Shown here: in pieces, positions 52,701 through 64,000 of the stretch
Position numbering within the stretch: the stretch's first letter is position 1
Layout: each line of letters begins with the position of its first letter
DNA from: Cenococcum geophilum
Taxonomy: Eukaryota
Reading direction: 5' to 3'
Length of the DNA: 64,000 nucleotides
NCBI GenBank assembly: GCA_050273025.1
Contig: CP158635.1
Coordinates: 31,620,001 to 31,684,000 of the forward strand
The notes under the pieces: generated by a model
Told to the model about the DNA's origin: nothing
Databases searched by the model: none
What the model saw: the letters and a program-made list of their open reading frames with translations, nothing else
Made by a program: the position numbers and the translations under genes

Positions 52701-55700
52701 CCTAACGGACTAGTACGCCTTAACTAGAACAGCTTTTGTTAATATAGCTATAGCCGTAGCATACTGCTAGAATTCCTTGCTAATGAAGTTCCTACTAGCG
52801 TCGTGGGTGATATACTGCGGAGGTCTAATGTATGTATTAATTTAGCAGGTCCATAAAATATCCCAAATGTATTTTATGGATATATTTTACAACTAACGGG
52901 CGGCTTAATAGCGGGTTGCCTTGTTAATTATATATAATACTAAACTACCGTTAATATACATAATGTCCACGTATACTAAGTGGTTAAAGTTAAGGTCCTT
53001 ACAAAGGGTGAACTTAAATCAGCCTGGGGAACGTCCGTATTTCTAGCAGAAGGAGCAGTATTTAGTTAGGTAGTCAATTGCCTTCCTATTAACGTCGTTA
53101 TATCCAGAGCGTTTAAGGACTCTATACAGCTTTTCGGCTAACGGGTGGCCGAAACGGCGGTATAGGCGGTAGATCTCCGTACTAGTAAGGTAGCACGGGT
53201 TATAGTTAAAAGATTCCTAAATATAGGTCCGTAAAGTCTCTCCCTATATAAGGAACGGGTGTCTAAATCGTTATATAATTAACAGGGTAATATACTTACT
53301 TCCTAGAGCAGTTGCGGGGCCAATTAGGGTGTCCGTAACATTATTATAGTACACCTATAACCTATCCATGTCTGTAAGACAGAGTAGGAAGAGGGTATCT
53401 ACTTTTACTACGTAGAAGTTAACTAGGCCAATTAGAGTCTTAACTTTAACTAATCTAATTAATGCGGTTAAGCTAATGCCAAATTAGACGTTTATGGCCC
53501 CAGTTTACGTAATATCAATATCCGTATTATTATTTGTAGTGGTCCTATATACAAGGTATTATCCGTAGCCTACGGTAGACTTCTTAAAGGCACCTATATT
53601 AATTATAATACCATAAAATTCCTTAGGGGTATAGCATTTTGTGGTAATATATGCAAATAGGTCCTGCTTATAATCTATAACATCCGTAACGGGGGTACTT
53701 ATGGAATAGTTTTTGGGCGTAACTAAGTATATAAAGGAACGGTCGGCTAATACGGTCGTAATATTAAAGGCTTAGCTATCCGTAAAAGGTCTAAAAGTGG
53801 TTAGGAATGTCTCTAAAGTCTCTTATTCCTAAGCGTTTAAGTTAAAATCAATTATAAGGGCTTCTATTAACTTATTAGGGGGCTCTTCTACTTCCTCTCC
53901 TTTATATTCCAAAATGAACTGGTTAATACGGCTATTAAGTCTCTTCCTAGACTTATTACGTTCTTCCTAGGTATACCTTATAGACTAACATCCTTTCTTA
54001 CCACACACGAAGCACTTCTAGCTGGTTTGTCTGCGGGGGTATATTTTTATACAGGGGTTGCTATAGGGGTTATAGGTGGGACTTGGTCGGTACGGGTGCT
54101 GCTAGCAATAGCGGCGGTCCGTAAAGTAGACGTCTAAGTCTGTTTATAAATATTAAATATCCGCAATAAAGGCTTAAGTGCTACCTAGTGGGTTTAAGAC
54201 TTTATACATTATAATAGAGGAGCGTAGGTTATTAATAAGGCCAGCTAAGGTATCTGTAGGCTTATAGTAGGCGTACTTATAGGGCTCTACTTCTTGGTAG
54301 GCTGTAATAAGTTTATTATATAGGAAGTCGTCTGTTTGAAGCTTAGTGTTAAGGCCATGCTATAGGTGCCAAAGGTCTTTAATGAGAATTTGCAGGCACT
54401 CTATAGTCGATTTTTCAGTATTCTTATCAATTACGGTCCGTAGCTTAGTCGCATTCTATTAGGTAAGAATATCACGCTTATATTCCGGTCCTTTAAAGTA
54501 GTTACGCGTAGCTTCGCATAGCTTATTAAAGGGAACACCAAGGGGGTTGCTCTTGAGGTTAGTGTAATAGTAATTAAGTGCTAGGCCGCGCAGCATAGTA
54601 GAGTAGGCTTAGTTAAATTCCTGTTTAGGAATATCAGCCTTCCGACAGAGGTCCGTAAAGATAATAAGTTTAAAGTTAAAGTTATCGTTTTTACCGCTGT
54701 ACTTAGATTCGTCGGTATAGAGCTTAGCTAGGTTAGCTAGCTCCTTACCGTAGGTCTTTACTTAGGTAGGTTGCGGATCTATAACTTACGGATCTATAGC
54801 TTGCGGATATATGGCTTGCGGATCTATAACTTAAATAACAGGGGTAATTTGGTCCGTATTTTGGTTTATAGGGGTATTATAGTCCGTAATTTGGGTTACG
54901 GGGGTATTATGGTCCGTAACTTAAGTATTAGATATACTTTAGCCAGTAAGATTAATTCTAATGCCACTTAGGTTTATGGAATAAATTTGGTTAAATAAGT
55001 CAGCTATAAGGCTAGAGATTCTATTAAGTTTAAAGGAGGTAAAGAGGTTGCTGGTTTTAATATAATCTAAGATCTACTCTTTAGTCTATTCCATTTGGTC
55101 CTCTTTATATAGTATATCGTATAGAGACCGTGCAACAGTAACTCATTTATCCCTTTTAACCTATATGCCTTAGTAATATAAAAGGGTTCGTAGGTTACGG
55201 ATAGCAGTAGGGTTACAAGCCTTAAAAATAGCTTCCGTAAAGTCCATAAAGTCTTCCTTATATTACTCCTATAGGTCGTTATTTATAAGCTTAAAGTATC
55301 TATATTTAAGGATTTTAAAGCTAATATAGTTGTTAACGTCGTTTATAGACGTAACGTCAACGCCTTATTTTTACTTCTTTTGACCTTCGCTAACTTGCTT
55401 GCTAATGTCTGCCATACTATAGTATAGTATAGTGCGTAGCGGGTGGTAGCAGCTTATAACGGGTGGGGGAGGTTTTATAATGGTCCGTAAAATTAATTAA
55501 CAGGTCCGTAATAGTTTATAGGAGGGTAAGGAGTTTCCGTAAAAGGTCTAAAGAGGTTTAAGGTTCAAGGGGGTTAAGGATAGGGGTTCCGTATAGGTCT
55601 ATATTCGCGTCTATAACTTTTAGTAAACTGTATTAAGACTTAAATAAGTATATAGAGTTAGAGATAAGTCCGTAATCCCCGACTTCCGACCTTCTAGTAG

Positions 55701-56063
55701 GTCGTACTAGGAGTCTAAACAGGTGGTCGCTGTTGTGTATATCGCTTAGGGGGAGGTGTTAAGTAATTGCTGATCTGTGCGCGCTCACTAATCAGTGTTC
55801 GTACTAACTTAATAGCACGAGTAAGTCGTATCCACGGGCATGAAATACATGTAGTATCGTATACTTGTTTAGATGGTGACTGTTAATTGTATGAAGCAGA
55901 CTACGTGGTCTATATACTGATGCACCTCCCCCCTAATTAGTTAGTGCTTTATAAGTGCACCAGACGCATAAGCGAGTGGTTGGTGCACTGAACGCGTAAA
56001 CGCGTACCTGGTGTACCGAACGCGTAAGTACGCGTTTGGTACAACAGGTGCTGTAATTATACA
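49701..56063 (-). mobile_element. Ty1/Copia element G, full length, RIPed (3' LTR 49701-49968, 5' LTR 55796-56063)
   Basis: 268-bp LTR pair, TSD gtaag/gtaaa; ORF 52347-52610 is integrase (MAVKAVNDTAGPDGLVPTLLVYGAY); knuckle KCFVCGKKGC ~54000; RNase H NLADAMTK ~50500; same clade as F. Confidence 0.93.
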
Positions 56064-58133
56064 GTAAAATATAGTTTCTTATTACTCCACTATTTATTAG
56101 TGCTTTAAACTACTAATCTTACTAATTAACTTATAAATTTAGGTATTGTCCTTAAATTCTTTTAAGGGTCTAAGGCTCTACTACTAGCTCCCTTTAGTCC
56201 CGTACGCCTCTACTTTTCCTAACTATTAGCTACTTAATCCTATTATACTTAGCTTATTCCTTAGCTAATACCTTATTCGCTTTTTATCTTTAATATACTA
56301 TAGATATATATTTTTTAGGCATTCCCACCACTATTATCTATTTAAGTACTCTTTTATAAAGAATCCCTTTAGTTAAAGTACTAAGTCTCCTAACCCTTAA
56401 ACTCCTACTAGATACTATTTATATATATACTTAGTATTTTTATACTATTACTTATCTAGCGCCTAATATATCCTTATAGGGTATTTCCAATTCTTTTTTT
56501 TGGGTTCTTTGTGTATATTATATATATTATCTACGTACGTAATTTATACTAATATATAATACACTAGGTGCTTTAAGTTAACTCTTAGCTTATCTTTACT
56601 TATAAGTTTAAACCTTTATCTAGCCAATCTAAACGCTGGTTTATTGTTCGTAAGTATTATAATTTGCTTCTTACTCCTCTAGTCCTCTAATCTCTCTTCT
56701 AGATTTCTTAACATTATAATTAATACTCCCTTAACATAACTTATGCGTTTCTCTATAATTGCTTAGTTTTAAATAACTTTCTTATCCACCTATATGTAAA
56801 AATCTTCCTACTTATTATTGTGTTACTGCCTATACTACTTTTAGTATAGCTTTGTAAGCATATACAATCTATTAGTAAGGAAATATTTTATTATTACTGC
56901 ATTGTTATAACCTTTGGTATATCTTTCTTTAAATCTAGTTAGAACCCCTAGGTCCTCTTCTTATTCTAATCCTTTAAGCCACTTTACTCTTAGTATACCT
57001 ATTCTTAGCCTATTAGTAATTTTTTATATAGGTACTCTAACCCTTAGTCTACCTAGTATTCTTAACCCTTAATAGCCTCTTTATTCTTACTACGCTTTAA
57101 TTTAATTCTTAAATCCTTCTTAGTCTTCTCCTAGTTTACGTTTAGCTATAGAATCCTCTAGATCCGTAAACTTTATAATTTTAGTATTAACTACTTAACT
57201 CTAAGGCCAAACACTTTATTTACTTATTGTGAGATTCTTTCCCTTTATTATAGACGTCTCGCCTTCCCAATCTTCTGCTTTAATCTATCCTTATAGATAA
57301 CTAGCTTATACTCTTATCCTTTCTTTAGAATCTTAAGCCTTTAGCTTCTTACCTTTATTAAGTGCCGAAGTAGCTTATTATCCTACTTCTCTTGCGTTTT
57401 ATAAAGTAATAGATATTATATCTAATAGAGTCTTAATCCCCATTGCTGATCCGTCCTCTATAGTAGATTTAAACCTTACCTCTATTATAACTTCTTTAAG
57501 GTCTGCGTATTCCTAGTAAGCTGCCTTTATTACCTCGTCGTCGCTAAATATTTCGCCTATATTAAATTTATCGTCCTTAATATCCAATCTACGTAATAGT
57601 TTATTAGTTCCTCTAAACTCTAATAACTTTAGCTTTTATAGCCAATAGCTTACGCTATACTTAGCGTCTTTATAAATTTAGTATATGTTATTATAATAAA
57701 ACGCAAAACTCTTAATTAAATACTTTTTTGTTCCTTATAGTATACTATTATCTCTCTATACATGTATATTATCTACTAGCCTAGTTTTCTTTACTGTATA
57801 ATTACTCTAACTATCTTTATAGTTCCTAGCAAAATAACCTTATTTTCTATAATTTATATAAGCTCCTTCTTTAAACCATTTTTCTTATTATAAAGTCTGC
57901 CTAAACGTCTTCTACTGCTAAGATCCCTAGTTTAGCCTCTGCTCCCTAGTCCTCTAATTACTTAATTCTTAACCTCTAGGTTTCTATAGTTTCCTATTCT
58001 ATCTTTTAGATTCTTTAATACTACTTAGGTCTATTAGCTCTGCGCTATACTATAGTTTTTAGTTTTAACTTTATTATTACATGCTCTACACCTTATACGA
58101 CTATAAAACTCTATCCTAACCTTTCTTAGTCTA

Positions 58134-61100
58134 TGTTATGGTACTGCAATAAAGTAGACCAAATAACTGCATTATAGTATAAAGAGGAGAAGAAGGTAAA
58201 AGGGGGTATTATATATAAATAGTAGGGCCAGCCGCTAAGGCGCTAGTAGTGGGCTAGCTAATAGTAGGAAATAGTACGAGATAGTACGAGACAGTATGAG
58301 ACAGTATAAAACAATATGCGTCAGGTCAGTGCCGTAATAGTACTCCCCTCCTTAGAAGGTTTGGTCCCTAAACTAAATAAGTAACTTATTTTTACTGCAA
58401 AGATATTACTTTCGCTTACCGCTCTTAACCGAGCTAATAGTGATTTTCCATGCCGGGTATAGAAAATCCTAATTGGTTAGTTTAATAAATAAAGTCAGTA
58501 AAACTCTATACTGCTACCGCGTAGCGCTTCTTAATAAAAAACTAACTAATTAAATAACTTTAACCGGCGGTTAAAGTTCCATAAGATCTTAACCACCATA
58601 AATTATCTTCGTGGTCGGCTACGGTTTTAATATAACTCTCCCTTATATTATACCTAGTCTAGGGGTCCTGGCTTCTTAGGGTATTATTTATAAAACTTTA
58701 GTAGTACGCGCTCGTACCCTTTTAGGGATTTTTTAGGTTCCTAGGTTTCCTTATTATAATACTTCCACTTAATACAATATATTAAGCCGTGCTCGTCTAT
58801 TTATTCATTATATATATTAAAGATCTTTTTAAATTCCTACTTGTCCGTAATATTACCGTTATTATCCCTTTTAGCTATCCTACCTATAATATTATAACGT
58901 TCCTCTTTGTTAATATATACTTAACTAGAGATCTCTTTAGGGAACTAAAGGCGGACTTTTAAAGTATGGAAAGACTTATTAACACGGATATAGTTTAGGA
59001 GGTTAACTATAACTACTCCTTTATAGGCAGCTAGGACGGGCTAGGGTCTATTTTAGTTATTATCCTGCTTCCTCTTAGGCTAGTTAGTCTTTATATTTTT
59101 AAGGCTGACTATAACTATATTATCCTTTTTAAATATTATACCTTTATCTTATTTTATATTAGCGTTATCTTTATAGCGTTGCTAGGAGATACGAGCTAGG
59201 GCTTTAAGCTAGGTTAGGATGCGCTTAAAGCGGTTAGTAATAGTATTAGCTTATAGGTACTCCTTTTTTGTATATATAGACAGGGCTAATAGCTAGGGGC
59301 CTGCTAGTTTAATACCCAGACGTGGGTTATAGCTATAGTTAGTAAAGAACGGTAAGATTCCCATAGTCTTATTAACCTAATTATTTATAGTAAACTCGGT
59401 AAGGGGGAGCCAATCTACCTAGTCGTCTTAGGTGAAGCTTATAAAGGCGCGTAGGTACTTATTTATTACTGCGTTAACAATCTTAGTTTAACTATCTATT
59501 TTAGGGTACCATATAGAGCTAGGGCTTAGGGTTACCTTTAGGCGCTAGTTTAGGCGACACCAGGAGTTAAAAATAAATAAAGAGCCTCTATCGGAAATGA
59601 TGGTATTTAGAGCGCCGTGTAACTTATAAATAGTATAAATAAATACTTTAATAAGCTCCTTAGTACCTAGGCTAGTAACAGAAATAAAGTGTCTTATCTT
59701 TATTAGGCGGTCAATAACGATAAAGATATATTTATATATTTTGCCGTTATAAAGGCACTTAGGCAGGTCAACGACGTAGTTAATAGAGATATTGGTCTAT
59801 AGGCGGACTAATAGTTCTAGTAGTTTTAGAAAACCGGGCGGTGCTAAGCGTAGGGTCTTTATACGGAAGTAAAGAGCGCAGTCTCTTATAAAGGTAGCCA
59901 TAAACTATAAAATACCTAGCCACTAACATATTTAATTAAGGAGGTTTAGTGTCTTAACGCGGCTTAGGTAACCCGTAGGGCCTAAACTATACATGCGGTA
60001 TACAACTTCTTATTAGAGTTTAGGTAAATTAGGGACAAATACTCGGTTCCTATAGTAGATTAGGCCGTTAACAATTAAACATTTGGATTTATTATAGTGG
60101 AGTAGCTTCCTAATCTGCTTAGGCTAACGGCGTGCTTTATAGTCTTCCCATTTGCGTAGCGTAGCTAATATATTCCTAGCGAGTTTATTCTCTATATAGG
60201 CATTCTTAATAAGCTCCTTAAGGGGTTTTTTCTTAGGCTTTAGGTTTATTACTATAATAAAGTCTTTAATATTCTGGTCTTAAGATTCGCTTAGTAGCTC
60301 TTCTAGGATAATAGGGTCAACTTTCTTTAGTAGTAAGACAACGCGGTCTTGGTATTGTAAACGTTTATTATTAGTATCGGTAGGTATAACGCCTAGAAGG
60401 CGGCTAAAAGCGTTTAGGATTATAGCTTTAGTGCTAGGCCTATAGGTAATAATAAAGTTAAATTAGGAAAGGAACTTAGCCTAGCGGACTTAGCGCTAGT
60501 TTAATTATTTCGTTATTATAAAGGTCTAGAGGTTCTTATAATCCGTAATAATTTAAACAGCTACTCAGTTCCTTATAGTTTGGGGCGCTATTTTTTTAGT
60601 GCTTTAACAATTACTAGGAGCTCCTTATTATATATTTTATAGTTATATTTAGGGACTGAGTGCTTAGTAGAGAAGAATGCAACTAGCTTAAGCTTATTAC
60701 TTTTATTAGCTTAATAGAGCACTCTACCTAAAGCCTAGTTTAAGGCGTCTGTCTCTACTATAATCTTCTTTATATAGTCGTAATACGCTAGAACTAGTGC
60801 TGTGGTAAACACTGTTTTTAGGGTCTAGAATGCCTATATTTAGTTAGGGCCCCATAACCAGCTAATGCTCTTCTTTAGTAGCCTAGTTATAGGCTTAACT
60901 ACCTTAAAGTAGCCTTAAATAAATCATTAGTAGAAGTTCGCGAAGCTAAGAAATTGCTATAGTTCCTTAACTAATGTTGGGTCCTTTTATTCCTATAAGG
61001 CCTATACCTTCTTAGGGTTTATAGTTATGCCGTTAATTAAAATAATTAAGCTAAGGTATTTTATTTTAGTAGTATAAAACTTAGACTTATTAATATTAAT

Positions 61101-64000
61101 TTAGAGTCTAGCATTACTAAGTCTTTAGATAATTTCATTTATATATTTTGTATTCTTAGCGCGTATTTTTAAGAAGATAAGGACATTATTAAGATACGCA
61201 GTGCAGTAGTTATTAAGGGCATTATATAGAATATAGTTAATATAGTTTTAAAATATAGCGGGTGCGTTATAGAGACTAAACGGCATAACTAATATTTTAT
61301 AGAGCCTAAACCGGGTAATAAATGCTATAAGCTACTTATAGCCTTCCGCGATCCGGATTTAGTTAAACACAGTAATTATATTAAGCTTAGTAAAGTACTT
61401 AGCACTATAGAGTGTATTAAGTATCTTACGGTTTAGTGGCAATAAATACCAATTCTTAATAGTAACTATATTTAGGCCTCAGTAGTTATAGTAGATTTAT
61501 ATACCGCCGCCAGGTTTTACAGTAAGGAGAAGTAATGCGGCAGCTAGTAAGGTTAATTTGTAGATAAAACCTTTATCCAGCATCTCGTTAATCCACTTCT
61601 TTATATAACTAAGTTTAGTAGGTAAAAGTAGTCTATTTTTATAATACGGGGCCTGCTTCTTAGGTATAATCTTAATTTTATGGTCCTATAGTCGGTAAGG
61701 GGGTAGCTTATCTACGTTTTTAGGGAAAAAGTATTTAATATATTCGCGAAACTCTTTTAGTAAGCGTTATAAAATATCTTTACGGGTTAATCTTAGTTTG
61801 CCTTTTAGAAATTTCTTATTATTAGTATTAACTATCTTTTAGCGTAGAGACTTAGACTTTATTCTTAGGTTTGTCTTAAGGAAGTTATAAAAATAGGGGG
61901 GTAGTGCTTTGCGGGCTTTGTCTATTATATAGTTGCCTTCTACTAGCCAGCGGAAAGACCTTTCTAATAGGTTTAGTACTTCTATTAGGCCTATAGGTAA
62001 CTCCTTAAGCAGCTATTAATACTCTTCTTATTTAACCAGTTCTACTAACTCCGCTATATAGATCCTTATTACCTTTACATCTTTTTATTTACAGAACTGG
62101 GTAAAATTAACGGTATAAGTGCATTTAATGTTGTCTAGGTTAGGGCGTGTTTAGTTTTCCAGTGCTACGACTAGGCTAGTATGGCTTAGTTAGCCTAGGG
62201 GGGCGGAAATGAGGCGGTGGCCCTATATAGTACGCGCGGGGGACGGGTATAAGGTTAGGCGTTACGGGGGGGAGGTCTTAATTACTTTGGTTTTAGTCTT
62301 AGCTATAACGCCCTTAGCTGTTATATATGCGGTCGTATATGCGTATAGTAAATAACTTAGGGTTAGATATTTTATTAGCTAACTTAGGTTAAGCGGGTAT
62401 ATACGGGGGACTTATAGTTTTAGTAGTGTTTATTTTTTAGGGGATAGGGCGGTAGTTTAGTCTTCCAGAATCTCTGCTTAGTTTACTATGTGTATTAGCT
62501 TACTAGTATTAGGCACCTCTTTTACTATTAGCTAATAGTATCTAAGCGTTAGCCGTGCAATGCGTCCGCGTGGTACTACTTAGTTATAGTTAGGAATATG
62601 CTATAGAAGATAGTTATAGGCATAGTAATTAGAGTTAAACTTAAGCTCTAGGGCGGGGAAGTCTGCCCTTAGGTTATGCTTTTTAAGCTAGGGTATTCTA
62701 AGAATTACTAGTATAGAGGGTGATAACTTTATAATATAGAAGAGCATAGATTCTATATAGTGGCTAATTATTATTATTACTATAAAGTAGTGGGTAATAA
62801 ACCCGGATAGGAGTTTATTAGTAAGGCGGAGTGGTTTTAGGACTGGGAGTCTTTTTATTATAATATTATGCTTTTTTATAAGCGAGTCTTTATCTATAAA
62901 CACTAGTACTATACTATTAGTGTTAATAAGGCTTACTGTTTTAATAAGAACTTATAGGAGTAGGTTACGCGGTAAGGAGAGGTAGATCTAAATAAGGATA
63001 GCATTTCTATTGCTATTTACTATTCTAAGGTTAAGTAGTAACTGGCTTAAAATAAGGTCTAATTAATCTAGTAGTATAGATTTAATCCTTTTATTCTCCT
63101 CCCTATATAGTTCTAACCTTTAGAGGCGACTTAGTTTAAGGGTTAGCCTTTTAATAGCTAAATTGTAGGGCTTAGCTGGTGGCTGTAGTTTTAGCTAGTA
63201 TATCCTAACGTGTTGGTCTCTAACGGTGTATATATGCTAAAAGGTACTTCACTAATAATATAGCCGGTTTTATAATTGGTAGTAGCACAGAGTACTTATT
63301 CGTAGTTTGCGTACGGGACTATCGGCTAAGGCTGTATTAGGGAAGGGAATTGTAGGGGTAGGTCTCTGTATCCGAACCCACGTCCTTATCTATAGTTACT
63401 GCCTTAATTACCATCCCCTCTATTAAAGAATCTGCCGCGGCTAGAAAGGGGTTAGCGCGGTAGTATTAGAAGGGGATTTAGGTTTTTCTAGGGGTTGTAA
63501 GCATCTTTCTAGTAGCTAGGTTGACCACACATTATATAAAGTCTGTTATCCGTATAATATCTTTAGACATTATTAGGGAGACTATTACTACTACTGTTAA
63601 ACTTAACGGCGTTAAGGTCTATTAGGTTATTCTACAGTAATATAGGTTAATAGCCGCTAGCGGTACTTAGCTTAGCGGTATTTAGCTTAGTATAGTAGGT
63701 ATAGTTCTATAGGTTATAAGCGAATACATCTATCTGCTTATTTTAGCCTTTATAGTTAGCATCGCCGATTTTATAGCTAAGGGTAAAGGCTAGGTCCTTT
63801 ATCTTAGAGGAAATATTCTTCTTAAGTAGATTTACTTTTTGTTCCTTAGTCTTGTTTACTTTAATTATTAACTTATTAAGCTCTGGTTTCTAAGACCAAT
63901 AGTTACGCTTACCTTAGCTTAAGATATCCAGCTTATTTTTAGCTGCTTGGGTTATATCTATAGTCTTATAGTGCTTCCTTATATACATAAATATAGACTC
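58134..64000 (-). mobile_element. Gypsy chromovirus H (3' LTR 58134-58339), continues beyond the window end; inserted in gag of E
   Basis: Reverse-complement PPT gtactcccctcctt after 58339; chromodomain ~58700-58860, integrase ~59000-60000, RNase H ~60500-60800, RT YLDD-like ~61190, protease ~62920, gag ~63250-64000. Confidence 0.92.

Larger units (their letters stand above)
38860..58133 (-). mobile_element. Gypsy chromovirus E, interrupted by two Copias and two solo LTRs and cut in gag by element H; left boundary approximate
   Basis: Minus-strand chromodomain ~39820-39960, integrase ~40000-41300, RNase H ~41500-42100, RT 48404-49300 (YLDD-like ~48560), protease ~49600 and ~56080, zinc knuckle CYNCGKQGHFARNC ~57820-57860; PPT-like purine tract ~38997-39010. 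Confidence 0.8.

Noticed and set aside
46777..62903. Short ORFs (60-87 aa) inside elements F, G and H
   Set aside because: Stop-free fragments or antisense shadows of RIPed gag/pol, not host genes.

Overview
Fungal (RIP-competent ascomycete) heterochromatin-like transposon nest. Almost all of the 64 kb is nested mobile DNA riddled with C->T/G->A mutations (TpA-rich, CpA/TpG-poor). It contains five Ty3/Gypsy chromoviruses plus a fragment of a sixth at 124-841, three Ty1/Copia elements, five solo LTRs, a hAT transposon, a pogo-type transposon and two non-autonomous TIR elements. Most boundaries are fixed by LTR/TIR pairs and target-site duplications (TSDs). The only recognisable host gene is a het-6-like HET-domain gene (minus strand, 32359-34721) whose N-terminal half is disabled by RIP-type nonsense mutations. 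Main observations: (1) palindromic cis-modules are shared by the 3' UTRs/LTRs of unrelated Gypsy and Copia elements; (2) the hAT carries an intron-containing DUF3716-like second gene; (3) one Gypsy element has a 16.8-kb internal inversion that splits its integrase and 3' LTR; (4) a TA-flanked TIR element is built from a foldback plus five different tandem arrays; (5) an un-RIPed GC-rich island with eight CGTGGTCC-type motifs lies upstream of the HET gene. All translations and alignments were done by eye; no searches were run.
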